Part shown: one piece after another, positions 12,596-26,545 of the stretch
Layout: each line of letters starts with the position of its first letter
Position numbering within the stretch: position 1 is the stretch's first letter
Assembly (NCBI RefSeq): GCF_006345805.1
Contig: NC_043011.1
Span: 3,658,001-3,722,000, forward strand
Source: Octopus sinensis
Lineage: Eukaryota
Direction: 5' to 3'
Length of the DNA: 64,000 nucleotides
The notes under the pieces: generated by a model
Told to the model about the DNA's origin: nothing
Databases searched by the model: none
The model's input: the letters and a program-made list of their open reading frames with translations, nothing else
Program-made: the position numbers and the translations under genes

Positions 12596-13750
12596 TACGA
12601 AGTACTTTCCAGAACTTTTGAGACTGTTTCAGGAGACGCATATATTAATTTCAAAGAAATACAAAACACTAATCTCCTTCAAAGTAAGATCCTCTGACTT
12701 CAATGCACTTGAAGTACTCCAGCCGCTTCTTGAAGGCGCCATGGAAGTTGTCCAAAGTGAAAGCATCCAGGTGTCTTGTCACAGCCTCTTTCATCTTTTT
12801 AGTGACTTCAGAACAATTTCCCCTAAGCTTCAGCTTGAGGAATGTCAAAAAGTCACAGGGAGCAAGATCTGGGCTCTAAGTTGAGCAGGGACAGTTTTGA
12901 TGCTCATCTCTGTCAAGTAGTTGGCTACCAGGAACATTGTCTTGGTGGAGGTACTAAGGCCTTTTGTGAAGAAACCATTTCCTGAACCTCCACAAACCAT
13001 TCTCTGTTTTACTGTCTGATCTGAAGGAACCCAGTAGGTATAGATGATGCCCTTACAACTGAAAAAGCAGTATCGTGATGAGATTCCTGGTGGACTTACT
13101 TGCCTGGTTTTCCTGAGTCTGGGTGAGCCGGAATGATTCCATCAGGCATTCTGTCTCTTGGTCTCTGGATCATAACAATAGATCCAGCTTTTGTCACAGG
13201 TCACTAGAGTCCCAAATATTCTTGGACTGGAGGTAATGAGTTTGACCATCTTCCTGCTGTCGCCAACAGATATTTACTTCTATTCATTACTAAACACCCT
13301 GGGAGCAAACTTTACATAAATTTTGCCCGTGTTTAAATCTTCATCAATAATTCTGAATACATTTGCCACACCAACTCCAAATTGTACGTTCATCGTCTTT
13401 ATAGACATATGATAGTCATTATCCAGAAAATTGTGAATTTTCTCAACCAGCTCTGAATGTTCTGAAAACCCTCTACCTCCAACAGTCTCATTGTCCCTCA
13501 CCGCTTCTCTCTTATCCTGAAATGTCTTGTACTAGTGAAACACAGATGCTCAGCTCATACAAATTAATCCATTAACACTCTGGTGCATTTCATAAGTTTC
13601 CGTACCAATTTTGCCCTGTTTAACACAACTTTATTGCATAACAAGTTTCTAAATTGCCTTCAGAGGCGTTCAAAGAGTTGTCACAGCCATCTCGTTCAAT
13701 CTAGAATAAAAAATGTTGGCATGTCAATTATTAGCTGTATAGTAATGATA
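12596..13750 (-). mobile_element. Decayed mariner (D,D34D) transposon A
   Basis: Minus-strand broken translation: N-terminal ETCYAIK..GTETYEM, KFAPRVF (WVPR-like), VTCDKSWIYCYDPETKRQ, HQDN, SPDLAPCDF, C-terminal RGSYFEGD; many stops and frameshifts. Confidence 0.85.
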
Positions 13751-13755
13751 TTCTA

Positions 13756-14331
13756 TGAAGGTCAGCTTGAAAAATTGCACATTTAATTAGGTGTCAGAAG
13801 ACATGGCACTCACTGAGCAGAAACCTTCATCATGCCAAGTTCAGTGTGCAGAATATTCTCAACTCTCTCATGGAATATACTAATAGCATTGGTTATTTGA
13901 CTTATAGTCAATTGCCTGTCATCCATCACCATGTGGTGAACACAATCAGTGTTTTCCACAGTAGTGGCAGTTGTAGCCTGTCCAGACCTTGGGTCATCTT
14001 CAAGATTCTTTTTCTCCCTCCTAAACTCAGCTGCCAACGTTTGCACTGTTGATAAAGCTTGAGCATCGTCCCCAAATATAGCAACCATGTCAGCATGAAT
14101 GTCCTTGGGGCCTGAACATTTTTTCTGCAGGTACTTAATAAAACCATGAAGCTAAATTTGAACCATTTTAAAGAGAAGTCATTACTAGTTATTTTTGTAG
14201 TCTTCATTAAACAGTCAGATGTGAGTTCACCTGGAAAAAAGCGATGTAGTACTTAATAAGAAAGGTTCAGATTTCACAGCTCTAGCATCATTCTTTCATA
14301 ATCAGCCTATGAACTTATCAGCCAGCCCTCA
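13756..14331 (-). mobile_element. Internally deleted mariner B (HTH region only)
   Basis: ORF 13810-14088 has the mariner HTH signature LEDDPRSG...MDDRQLT...ILHTELGMMKVSA; TIR-like ends tgaaggtcagc (13756) and cagccagccctca (14331), each next to TA. Confidence 0.85.
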
Positions 14332-14639
14332 TAAAATTATAATAATCTAGAACAGTCATAACTACCTCTCCTAAAAAAAATTCTTATACCTTCTCTAATG
14401 CAGCTCTTATAAGAAGTCTCAAATATTACATTAGTTGGAATGTTGAGAGCTAAGAAAGGATTCACGAATGTCTGAGAGCTCTCCTTGAAAAAACACTAAC
14501 TGCATTATTTTACGAAAGTTATAACACTAGTATATTATGCACATGAAACATGTGTTCTTAATAATCATGAAAATTCTGTAAACACATAGAAAAAAATATT
14601 AATAGTTAGGGAAATTCAAATATTATTTCAAATATATTT

Positions 14640-15700
14640 ACAGAAGTGAAACATTTCCAAATTAATTATAGGGGACAAACAACATCTTACTTCAATATTG
14701 TCAACAAATGTCAACAAATTTATTTGATAACAAGTTGTCGTAAAGAAAGTACGTTGGAAAATTCTTTCTTACATTGAACAAAAAGCAGGAATTTTATGAA
14801 GTATATTATTGCTTTGACTCTGCATGAGGTGTTTAGTCAACAACTTGAAAAATGTCAAAATGTTGGACGATCATTGATGGATCAATGATATAAGCATCAG
14901 AAAATTACATGGATAGTATTTTTCCTAAAGCATCAAAGCGTGCAATTAACTGTTTTTTCTCTTTTGAGATGTTCATTGTCATATCAACAACAGGTGAATG
15001 TCTTTCTAATGCAACTGAGTGCAAGAGAGGAAAGGATTCAAAGCCCAAAGCAGAAGCTAAATAAATAAAAAAAACACAAAGCAAATGGTTTTATCATTTC
15101 TTGAGCAACCTATTCTTTCATCAGCATTAATAATGACAGGAGTGAGTGTATCAGACAGAATTAAGGGCTCTTCAAGAACCAGATGTGGTTTTCGAAGAGG
15201 CAGAAAATACTAAACCTTTGAATAATGAGAAGCACGAAAACACTGCGCATCGTGTATCAGGTGTGATTCATAATTGTAATCTAGGTTCCTTGGATTTTGT
15301 AAAAACATTTAAAAAATATAATTTTCTGAGATATTCTGCAGACAGAAATGCTTATACTGAGTTCTAACTAAAGAACTACAGAAATCTTTAGAAAATAGTG
15401 GTATCATTGATGCTGAAATTCAAACTGAATGACATGAAAAATGGCAAGATCTTGTCCACAGAATTCCCAGTTACATAAAAGTTTAGCAATACAAAATCTT
15501 GCATTACACAGTGACAAAGAATCCTTGATACAAATGCAGGAAAGTGATTTCAAAAAGTTTTCTGTTGTTACTAAAATTGTTAACAAAGTTCAGTTTTCTC
15601 ATGGAAGCACAGTCTCTGGGAGAATATGATATTTCTCCTTGTTACTGCTAAGTGAATATACTCAACTGATGGCTTCTATGGTTCTTCACAATCTGCAATA
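14640..15700 (+). mobile_element. Possible highly decayed hAT-like transposase relic
   Basis: atcattgatggatcaatgatataagc resembles the hAT DxSTDIS motif across a frameshift; the rest is only broken ORFs. Confidence 0.3.
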
Positions 15701-15750
15701 TATATCATTCATTCATAAGACCAAATATTTTACCCTCAGGTTTGATTCTA

Positions 15751-17027
15751 TTGGCTCATCCCATAACTAATGTGGTTTTTATGTACTTCTTTTATTTTTC
15801 AAAATTAAAATCAACAAAGTTCTTTTTTCATCTAAAATATACTCTCTTTCATTTTCTATAATACTCTTCCATCTGTCTGTACACTTGCAAGGCCCTCTTC
15901 CAAAAGTCACTTGTCCTGTGATGAAAATTACTCTTCCAGTACTGTTCTGACCTCATCTACAGAATTCATATTTTTTCCATTAAAATGATTTTGAAGACTG
16001 TGGAATAAATGATAATCAGATGGAGCAAATATGGTCAGTGGGTATCTTTTCCAATTCAAATTGCCTCCAGCCTTTGGAATGTTATCCTCATTGTATGTGA
16101 CTAAGCATTATCCTGATGGAAGAATACCTTTCGTCTTGAAATCAAAGATGGTCGTTTTTCTTCTAGCACTGACTTATGCTGCTCAAGCTGCTCGCAGTAG
16201 ATCTCCTTTGTAATCATTTGGTTTGGCTTTAAAAGTTCAAAGTGGACTAAACCTTTCATATCTCACCAAACAGATAACAACTCCTTACATGGGTGAAGAT
16301 GTTCTTTCACCTGGGGTCCCGGTGTTTCTCTTTTCCCTGCCCATTGTCTTCGGCACTTGATATTTTTATAGAGAACCCATTTCTCATCACCAGTCACTAT
16401 TCAGTCCAATAAAGGTTCATTCATGAAATGTGACAGCAAAGAAGAGCACATATTCACTCTCTGCGTGTGATTAAACTTGGAAAGTTGATAAGGAACTCAT
16501 TGACACAATTTGCTGACTTTTCTGATGGCTCGCAGGTGTCAGTGAATGGTTGAATGACCAAATCCAAGTTTCTCTGCTTGTTCCTCAACAGTTACAATGA
16601 GATTTTGTTCCACCAGGGTTTGCAGGACGTCCTCATCAAGCTCTACAGATGTTCTAGGATGTGACTTGTCTTCTAGGCTGTAGTTTCTGGCTTGGAATTT
16701 CTGGAACCACTGTTGATACTGGCTTACGCTTATTGTCCAATCCCCATATACTGCATTAATATTCCTCCCACTTTCTGTTATGTTGTTGCCATTATTGAAC
16801 TCATAGAGCAAAATATGCTGAATATGCTCCTTTGTCACTTGCATTATAGCTTTGGAAAAATAGCTGTTCAAGTCAAACTACACTCTTGCAAACTTGCACT
16901 AAGAATAAGTAGAATGCAAAATTACTACATGCTATTATAGAAATTTGATGCAGGTAGTTTATACAATCCTCCTCCGACTTTAAGTTTAAGCACTTGAAAA
17001 AACCACATTATTTATGGGATGACCCAA
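15751..17027 (-). mobile_element. Full-length but inactivated mariner C (1277 bp)
   Basis: TIRs ttggctcatcccataactaatgtggtttt and aaaaccacattatttatgggatgacccaa, TA on both sides; ORF 16539-16871 MQVTKEHIQHILLYEF...SLED..; downstream FHQDNA and APSDYHLF motifs broken by stops. Confidence 0.93.
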
Positions 17028-17139
17028 TACTTAAGATCAAGCATAACAAGAGCAAATGGCAGAAACAATTTATATTGATACATTGATGTTGATATTGATT
17101 TTAAAGAGACTTTTTTAACAATAGTTTTTCCTTGGATTC

Positions 17140-17600
17140 CATCTTCATCATCATCATCATCATCATTTAACGTCTGCTTTCTATGCTGGCATGGGTTAGA
17201 CGGTTTGACTGGAACTGGTAAGCCAGAGAGCTGCACCAGGTTCTAGTCTGATTTTCCATGGTTTCTACAGCTGGCTGTCCTTCCTAACCCCAACCATGAA
17301 GTGTGTAATGGGTGTTTTTTTATGTGCCACTGGCATGGATGTTTTTGTGTGCCATTCGCATGGGTGCCAGTTATGTGACACCAGCATCAGCCACAACTAT
17401 GATCTCACTTGGTTTGACAGGTCTTCTCAAGCACAGCATAACACCAAAGGTCTCGGTCACTTGTCATCACCTCTGTGATGTTCAACATTCAAAGATCATG
17501 CTTCATCACTCTGTCCATTTCTTACTAGGCCTACCTCTTCCACAGGTTCCCTTCACAGTTAGAGATTGGCACTTATTTACACAGCTGTCCTCCCCCCTAG
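17140..17600 (-). mobile_element. RTE-type LINE 3-prime UTR fragment
   Basis: (CAT)n tail then ttaacgtctgctttctatgctggcatgggtt...ttctacagctggctgtccttcctaacc, and sequence similar to the ORF2 end at 28900-29070. Confidence 0.75.
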
Positions 17601-17657
17601 CACAGTTGTCTCTCTTGCATACCACATCTAATGCCTCTTATGTAATTAAAACAAACA

Positions 17658-18072
17658 TAGGCGCAGGAGTGGCTGTGTGGTAGGTAGCTTGTTTACCAAC
17701 CACATGGTTCCGGGTTCAATCCCACTGCGTGGCATCTTGGGCAAGTGTCTTCTACTATAGCCTTGGGCCGACCAAAGCCTTGTGAGTGGATTTGGTAGAC
17801 GGAAACTGAAAGAAGCCTGTCGTATATATGTATATATATATATATGCGTGTGTGTATATGTTTGTGTGTCTGTGTTTGTCCTCCTAGCATTGCTTGACAA
17901 CCAATGCATGTGTGTTTACGTCCCTGTCACTTAGCAGTTCGGTAAAAAGAGACCGATAGAATAAGTACTGGGCTTACAAAGAATAAGTCCCGGGGTCGAT
18001 TTGCTCGACTAAAGGCGGTGCTCCAGCATGGCCGCAGTCAAATGACTGAAACAAGTAAAAGAGTAAAAGAGA
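17658..18072 (+). mobile_element. SINE S1 (young, full length)
   Basis: S1 head, body and tail. Confidence 0.92.
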
Positions 18073-18605
18073 GTGTGTGGTGAAAACATGGTGGAAATAT
18101 TTTTGGATCAACTTCTAAAAGACAAAATGCCATTATAAAACTGTTTATCTTCGTGCTCTGTTAGTTTGATATTTATAACTGATTATAAAATGGTGTTCAA
18201 CAGAAAAAGCTGTAGTTATTTTTATAAAGTGCAATAACCATTCTTTGAATTTGGTTGGAATACAGTTTAGGATTAATGATCAGTGACCACTTGAATCCAG
18301 GCTGAAATTATGTGTTGAATATTATATTCAAGTCACAATCATTTATGTATAATGTTTAACGATATGTTTCTGTTTGCTGTCATATTAAAGAAATAGTGTT
18401 GGTGTTGGAGGCGATCAAACAATAAACAGGGAGGGAGTGAGTCACAGGAGAAAATGTAAAACAGAACTACAAACACTTTGTAGACAATGGGGGGGGGCTA
18501 TACACTTCACAAGGCTTGAAGCCTGGTGTAATCTGATACAGCTATTCTAAGTGCAAATGAAACTATTCACATTAATATGGAAATCAGCTGATTATGTATA
18601 CAAAT

Positions 18606-19008
18606 GCGCAAGAGTGGCTGTGTGGTAAGTAGCTTGCTAACCAACCACGTGGTTCCAGGTTCAGTTGCACTGTGTGGCATCTTGGGCAAGTGTCTTCTGC
18701 TATAGCCCCGGGCCGACCAATGCCTTGTGAGTGGATTTGGTAGACGGAAACTGAAAGAAGCCCGTTGTATATATGTATATGTATGTGTGTGTGTGTGTTT
18801 GTGTGTCTGTGTTTGTCCCCCTAGCATTGCTTGACAACCGATGCTGGTGTGTTTACGTCCCCGTCACTTAGCAGTTCGGCAAAAAGAGACCGATAGAATA
18901 AGTACTGGGCTTACAAAGAATAAGTCCCGGGGTCGATTTGCTCGACTAGAGGCGGTGCTCCAGCATGGCCGCAGTCAAATGACTGAAACAAGTAAAAGAA
19001 AGAAAAGA
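18606..19008 (+). mobile_element. SINE S1 (young, near full length)
   Basis: S1 head, body and tail. Confidence 0.9.
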
Positions 19009-19834
19009 AATGTTTCAAATGCCATTGTTAAGCAACTGATAAACAAACAAGAATAGGGATGTCCAAAGATCTCGTTAAAGACCCCCAGGTTTGGAAATTT
19101 TGTCAAAAGTCTCTCCAAGTAAAAAAGTGTTGTTTAAATAAATTAATTTTTAAGTTGTATTTAATAACTTGCATTTCTTAGAGTGTGAGATCATGATTAC
19201 ACATCTTAATTGTGGAGTAGAGTTTGGAATCAAAGCTAGATGAGAGTAAAAATTGTTGTTTGCATGCATAAAACAGTGTAGAGATCCAGAAAATTCAGTT
19301 TATCTGACTGTCAAAAAATTATGGGACCAATTGTCACCAATATTTGAACATATATGATTAACTAAAGATAAAGGTAGTTAGTTACCTTCTCATATCATGC
19401 CAACTCTCAAGAGCCAGTTTCTCAGTTTCATGGTAAATACATTTATTCTCCACCTGAACAGGATACCAGTCCATCACAGTATTACTCATTTTTGCCAGCT
19501 GAGTGGACTGGAACAATGTGAAATACTCTCTCTCTTTTACTTGTTTCAGTCATTTGACTTTTACTTGTTTCAGTCTGTAGCTTAGGTAATGTCTGGGTGT
19601 TGCACTTTATGACCAGCCATCACTGAAATGCACATGCTGTCCTTTAACTATTCTGTTATCTAATATCTGATTATTTAATAGCCCAAGTTAAGACCGGGAG
19701 AAATGGATCTATAATACTGTATACTTTTATTAATATACCCACTCTATTGCTAAATATATGAGTGTGTATTATTTCCTGGTTTATGGATTCTTATAAACAC
19801 ACACACACATACCCATGTGTATGTGTGTATATCA

Positions 19835-20020
19835 TCATACAGCTTGATGCCCTTCCTAACGCCAACCACTCCTTGAGTGTAGTGGGTGCTTTTTACGTGC
19901 CACCGGCACAGGTGCCAGACGGGGCTGGCAGACGGCCACGATCGGATGGTGCTTTTTACGTGCCACCAGCACGGGGACCAGACGAAGCTGGCAACGGCCA
20001 TGGTCGTTGCCAGCTTCAAT
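19835..20020 (-). mobile_element. RTE-type 3-prime UTR fragment with tandem modules
   Basis: gatgcccttcctaacgccaaccac and gtgctttttacgtgccacc modules shared with 7905-8207 and 61945-62235. Confidence 0.75.
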
Positions 20021-20217
20021 ACATATATACACAAACACACATACACACATGCATACTCACACACACACATGGATAGATGGATATGTTCTTCCAATTTCTG
20101 GAGGCTACAAAGACATTTAAAAAGAGAAACATCTTGATCTTTTCTTTACTCTCTTATCTCACTCTGCATCAGTCTGCCTGTCTCTCTTTCTCCTCCCACT
20201 CTCTCTTTCTCTTTCTT

Positions 20218-20248
<31 letters not shown>

Positions 20249-20929
20249 TCTCCCACACTCTCTCTTTCTCTGTCTTGGTTGTTTCTCTTTTGGTTTTTTC
20301 TTTTTAAATGCAAATAGTATAAGATACTCTCTTCTGTCAATTATGAATTTTTGGCTTCACACAGATACTTAAATTGATTAAATAAATAGGACAACAGGAT
20401 ATGATGGAGATTTGGCAGCTATTTCTTGGTCAGCCATCATGCAGAGGTGTCTACACCATAAATTTGTAGATAATTGCAAACAGCTAATGGTGTTATACTA
20501 CTGTGTATCTAGGTTTAGGATTAGGGTTATGTAAGGCCATAATCAAAAGCATTCCAGCCATGACACCCTATCTTTAATTTTACACTCCATAGAATGTGAT
20601 ATCGGCTGCTATTTCTTGCAGGCTGAGCAACCATGCAAGCACTTCCTCTTTAAATTTTGGATTACAGAAAGGTGTGATAGATGTTGAACTGTTGCATTTA
20701 CAAGAGCACATGGCAATGCAAGTAATAAAAAACACCCACATCATTACTACAATCATTGATGACTGCTTAATTCAGAGGCTGACCAACACATCTGAAACTA
20801 ATTCTACTGCAAACGCATCCATCAAACCAACCGGCCAACCAGCCTAGAGCAACCTTAAATGGTAATCTGCTATGTTCTATATTTCATTCTACTGGTGAAA
20901 TTATTAGTCAGTTCTTTTATTTCCATACT

Positions 20930-21240
20930 CTTTCACTAATATCATCTACCGGACTGCTGTATTACTGAGGTACTATCTTCCATGTAGGTCGGTCTTGGCA
21001 AACTGGAACATTGATCAGCCTTCAATGTACATGAGGCAATTTCTACTCTTCTCCTCTGGAAGCCATCTACTCGCAATACCAGAGGGCGCACACTCTCCTA
21101 CCCAGATGTAATCTCCAGGGATATAGGCATCCAGCAACAGGACCTCCGTAATGCTATGATGGACCGTGAAGTCTGGCGTAGCATGGTAAATTCCATTGTC
21201 TCGACCAAGGTCGAACAATGATGATGATGATGATGATGAC
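20930..21240 (+). mobile_element. 3-prime end of an RTE-clade LINE (second family)
   Basis: Translation LLLWKPSTRNTRGRTLSYPDVISRDIGIQQQDLRNAMMDREVWRSMVNSIVSTKVEQ-stop followed by a (TGA)n tail. Confidence 0.75.
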
Positions 21241-21599
21241 AATTGGAAATGCTTCACACTTCAAATGTAGTACACTTGAAAAATGCATACAAGCCTTGTG
21301 CTCCCGAATCCCTCATTCTTAAAAGTGAAATGGCATGCTTTGGATTTGGGCCATGCTGGGGTATACCTTCAAGAGTTTCAGTCAATGATAGTCATACAAG
21401 TACTTCGGCTTGTGCTCATTTAATCTATCTCTTTTAAATAAAGTCATGTGTTAAGTAACTTACAAAAATTATGTTTCCATCAATAATGCCATGAAATGAA
21501 AAACGATAAGAGAGATTGACGCAGAAGCACACAAGAAGTATTTAATTGGTACTTCATTTTAATATGGCTGCTATCATCACAGTCTGTTTAGTTTTTGTT

Positions 21600-21830
21600 G
21601 TTGTATCTTGCAATTCAGACTGCTTCGTGGTCCCATCAGACAAAATGGAAAAAGTATTGTTCTGGAGGATGGCGAATGAGACACCCTGGGACAAGCACTC
21701 CTACTCACAAGGCTTGCATTTACAGATAGCCGTCTCTACCCCAATAGCAGTGAGTAGGGACATGGGGTTCGGGGGTCAAGAACACCTGAGGTCTCTACTG
21801 ACTAAACTCCTTTCAATGTATTACTTCTTA
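21600..21830 (+). mobile_element. Old LINE-like fragment (possibly L1/Tx1 C-terminal region); second copy inverted at about 59000-59220
   Basis: Similarity between cttgcatttacagatagccgtctctaccccaatagcagtgagtaggg and the reverse complement of 59060-59115; family assignment is a guess. Confidence 0.45.
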
Positions 21831-22084
21831 AAGTGTAAATATTGTTAGGATTTTAAACCTATTTACACTGCTATATATTTTCGCAGATGTACATACACAA
21901 ACAAATACATATATACACAGAATGGACATGGCTGTAGTTAAGAAATTCACTGCATACCCACATAGATTCAGGTTCAATCCTACCATGTGGCACTTTGGGA
22001 AAATATTTTCTACTATGGCTTCAAGTTGATGAATGCCTTGTTGGTGAAATTGGTACATGGAAACTATATGGAAACTAGTATATA

Positions 22085-22921
22085 TGAGGTCTGATCAATA
22101 AGTATCCGGACTGTTGCCATAGTAATTAAGCTAAAGCACACAGAGTAAAACTGCTTGGCACAGATTGACCTTGAACTCTGCTGTGCATGCGTACAAAGTT
22201 TTAACATTCTAGCTCACTTCTGCTGTTTACAGCAGTGCTTGGAAGGAAGGTGTGTAGCGTATGATCGTCGCATTGACCATGACAGAGAGAGTTGCATGGT
22301 AATCCCCGCTCAGAGACCTACGCAAGGTTGCAGAAAATGTATGGAGATGAGTGTATGAGCTGCACACAAGTGTATGAATGGTTCAGATGATTTCAAGATG
22401 GCAAAAATAATGTCAATATTGACGACATTCTCAGAGACCCGCAACTGACAGAATTGAGAAAAACATCACAGATGTGCATGCAGCTGTGAGGGAAAATTGT
22501 CGAATCACCATCCATGAGTTATCAGAGGATGTGTAGATTAGTTATGATTCAGTTCAGTCCATTATCGTCTGACCAAAAAGACACTCAAGTTTCAGTTTCA
22601 CAAAATCTCTTTCATTGTGTCGAGAATGACAAAAACTTTTCGAAAACTTTGCATAGGCCTCTGAGCAAGTATCACCAAGCTTTTGGCAAAATTTGAGGCA
22701 GATTCTCTGCTCGACTTTCTCTGTCATGATCATTGCAACGATTACATGCTACACACCTTCCTTCCACGTGCTTCTGTAAATAGCAGAAGGGAGCTAGAAT
22801 GTTAAAAGTCAGTACACATGCACTGCAGTGTTCAATGTCAATCTGTGCCAAGTGGCTTCACTTTGCATGCTTTAGCTTCGTTACCATAGCAACAGACTGG
22901 AAGTTTATTGATCAGACCATG
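22085..22921. mobile_element. Mariner-derived fold-back element built from two opposed left ends
   Basis: TA-flanked TIRs tgaggtctgatcaataagtatccggactgttgccatag and ctatagcaacagactggaagtttattgatcagaccatg; about 210-270 bp inverted arms both containing the transposase start (MTE..; VEQRICLKFCQKLG on minus). Confidence 0.85.
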
Positions 22922-22951
22922 TATATAAATGTATCAGTGCATGGGTGTATA

Positions 22952-22982
<31 letters not shown>

Positions 22983-23759
22983 CTGTGTCTGTGTACATGT
23001 TGGTATGCATGTGTGTGTATGAGTGTGTATATGTGGTAAGGAGTGCATGTATGTGTGTAAGTGCTTGTATATGTGTGTTTGTAGCTTTGTCTTTGCATTG
23101 ACACTCCTTTTCTTTATGGCTAACATAAGCAAAGATACCAACATCAATTCAACATGCAAAGTACCTTAAAAAACAAGTAAAGGTTTGCATCAGGAAAGGC
23201 TTCCAGTCGTAGAATACTGCCTCAAGGCATTTCATCCAGCTCATGAGAGTATAAAAATATGGACATAAAAACAATGATGACAGTGATAATGGTGATGACG
23301 ATGAGGGTGATGCTGTGGATGTGTGTGTGCGTATGTGTGTGTGTGCGTGCATGTGTGTCTGTCTGTCTGTCAGTCTGTCTGTGTCTGTGTGTGTGTGAGA
23401 CGAGCAGCCACACAGTTTCCATCAGCCAAATTCCACTCAGATAGGATTAATTCAGTTAAGGTTATGAAGTCAATACCCTTACTCAAAGTGTTATTCAATG
23501 AAATTACTCTGGAAACTGTCATCATCATCATCATCATCATCATCATCACCATTGTTTTAACATCCATTTTTTTTCTTTGCACAGATGGGTGGCACAGAAT
23601 CTCCTGAGTTGGGTTTTCTCCAGCCGAATGTTCTTGCTGTCATAGCCTTCACCGATTCCCAAGTAGTGTAACATTTCCCTGTGATGAAACATGTTCTCAC
23701 AGAAGCTTGGAAATGGCGGTCACAGCTTACATGACTCAAAATCAAGGCAAGAAGACACT

Positions 23760-23870
23760 AACATACACACGCACACGCACACACACACGCGCACACGCAC
23801 ACACACACACACACACATACACACACACACACACTTACACACACACACACTCACACACACATACACACAT

Positions 23871-23907
<37 letters not shown>

Positions 23908-23937
23908 CACACACACACACTCACACACACACACACA
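23760..23937. repeat. (CA)n microsatellite
   Basis: Direct inspection. Confidence 0.95.
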
Positions 23938-24658
23938 ACCTATATGAAGGGCTTCTTTCAGTTTCAGATAGATCTTCCCACAAGGCTTTAATTAGTCCAT
24001 GGCTATAGCAGAAGGCACTTGCTCGAGGTGCCCTGCTCTGGGACTGAACCTGAAACCATGCAGTTGGGAAGCAAATTTTTCTGTCATGCAACCACTCCTG
24101 CACCTACAAAACAACCTATATGACTGAAAAACAAACTTCCTAAATACACAGCTGTATATTTTGTTTGCATTTGAATTTGAATGGACATCTTTATTACATT
24201 CTCTATTGCATTTAGCATATCAACAGTTTAATATATGTAAATATATTTTAAAATATTTCCACTTCATTGTAGAAATATTGCTGAGCTATAAAGTCAAGTT
24301 TTTATGTTTTATTTATCATTTTTGTGGAGGAGGTGCAAGCATGGTCTGGTGCTGTCTGGATTAATGGAAACGGTTCTAATTAATGGGTTGCATTGTTAGT
24401 GTTTCTATTATAACTGAAGCCCACAGTAGCACCCAGGCTTGGCTTAGTATTAACAAGTTATGATCAATTTTCAGCAAGATCAATCAATAAAAATCAATGT
24501 TACAGTAATGCCAATGCTTAGCACCAAACCATTCCATCATGTGTTACCTTCTTTCAACTCAGGGGTCTGAGCTCTTGGGAAATTTGCAAAATCTGATAAA
24601 CCCTGTGTATCATTAATATAATATTTCTGGAAGGCCCTTTATCAGAGAAGAAATAATG

Positions 24659-24872
24659 ATTTCAACTTTTGGTACAGGCTCAGTAGTTTTGAGGGAAGGG
24701 GCAAGTCACAAACATCGACCCCAGTAATTGATTGGTTCTTATTACTTTGATCTAAAAAGGATGAAAGGCAAAGTCACCCTCTGTGGAATTTGAACTCAGA
24801 ACGTAATGCATCAGAAGAAATGCTGCCAAGCATTTTCTCCAAAGTGCTGAAGATTCTGCTAGCTCACCTCCT
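24659..24872 (-). mobile_element. Old SINE S2 copy with target-site duplication
   Basis: catcgaccccag...ggatgaaaggcaaagtc...ggaatttgaactcagaacg; ttatcagagaagaaataat duplicated at about 24640 and 24873. Confidence 0.75.
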
Positions 24873-24961
24873 TATCAGAGAAGAAATAATAAAAAGTGTA
24901 ATGATACGATTTATTATATTAGTAATATCTGCTTTTGACATAAACCAGTTTCTCTTTCTCT

Positions 24962-25154
24962 TTTCTCTTTAACTTGTTTCAGTCATTTTGACTGCGGCCA
25001 TGCTGGAACACCGCCTTTAGTTGAGCAAATCGACCCCGGGACTTATTCTTTGTAAGCCTAGTACTTATTCTATCGATCTCTTTTGCCGAACCGCTAAATG
25101 ACGGGGACGTAAACACACCAGCATCGGTTGTCAAACACAGACACACTCACACAA

Positions 25155-25197
<43 letters not shown>

Positions 25198-25363
25198 TAT
25201 GACAGGCTTCTTTCAGTTTCCATCTACCAAATCCACTCACAAGGCATTGGTCGGCCCGGGGCTATAGCAGAAGACACTTGCCCAAGATGTCACGCAGTGG
25301 GACTGAACCCGGAACCATGTGGTTGGTTAGCAAGCTACTTACCACACAGCCACTCCTGCGCCT
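24962..25363 (-). mobile_element. SINE S1 (young, small internal deletion)
   Basis: Reverse complement of the S1 consensus. Confidence 0.9.
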
Positions 25364-26129
25364 TCTTTCTTAATGGTATCTACAAAGTTAGTGGATAGAT
25401 AGAAATCTTAGAATAGAGGACTACAGACCACAATGTCATGTGTTTAATTATGCTGTTTTATTTTGTGAATTCAGATTTTGCTGAGGTCAAATTTTCCTTC
25501 CATTCCTTTAGGTTGACAATTTAAGGTATCAGTCATCTAGTAATCTATATAATTAAGCTTGTTGTGTCTTGAGAGGATCATTATGCCAATAAAACTAAGA
25601 TTAATCTTAATCATTTATTATACATGTTTCAATGGTATAACAAACAAGAAAATTGTTTGTCTTTGTTTAGAAATAAAGGGTCCTTATTCAAATTCAGCTT
25701 TGTATAGTGTAAATATTCAGGAATAAAGTACTTCGTTGTAATCAGAGATAAAATTAATAAAAACAATATGCAGGTGAAAACAATAATTTCTAACATATAA
25801 ATACCTCAGTCTTTGATGTACTCATATTATATCCCCACATTTCGTAAGAGGAATCTAGAAAGGTAGGAAAGACAGGAAGGGTATTTGACTGTGGAATGCT
25901 GCCCCACAAAATCCATTCAACACATGCCAACATGGGAAAGCAAATATAAGCAATGATGGTAAAGACAAGCAGAAGGCCTTGAATTTTGAGAATGGTTGTA
26001 ATCAATTAAGATCGACTCAAATTCTTGAGTGATACATATTTTATTGATTCGAGATGGATGAACAGTAAAGTTACCATGGCAAAATATGAAATCAGGCAAG
26101 TTATTTACGTATTTTTTCAGACTTTGATC

Positions 26130-26545
26130 TGTTTCATTCAATGGACTGCAGCCATACTTGAGCAACACAATGATTAGTCAAATAAATCGACCCCTGTTAT
26201 TTTTGTTGTTTTTTTTAAGTCTTATCCTTCATCTATCAGTTTCTTTTACTGAACTGGTAAGTTATGGGGGACATAAACAAACCAACTCCAGTTGTCAAAC
26301 TGTGGATGAAGGACGGACACACACACACACACATGCATGCACAGAAACATAGACACACACACATGCACATATGTATATATGAAGGCTTTCTTACAGTTCC
26401 CATCTAGCAAATTCACACGCAAGTGCATTGGTCAACCTGAGTTTATAGCAGATGACACTTGCCCCAGGTGCCAGGCCAGTGGGACTGAACCTGAAACCAC
26501 ATGGCTGCAAAGTGAACATCTTGACAAAACAGCCATGCCCGCATA
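26130..26545 (-). mobile_element. Older S1 copy
   Basis: Diverged S1 modules on the minus strand. Confidence 0.7.
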
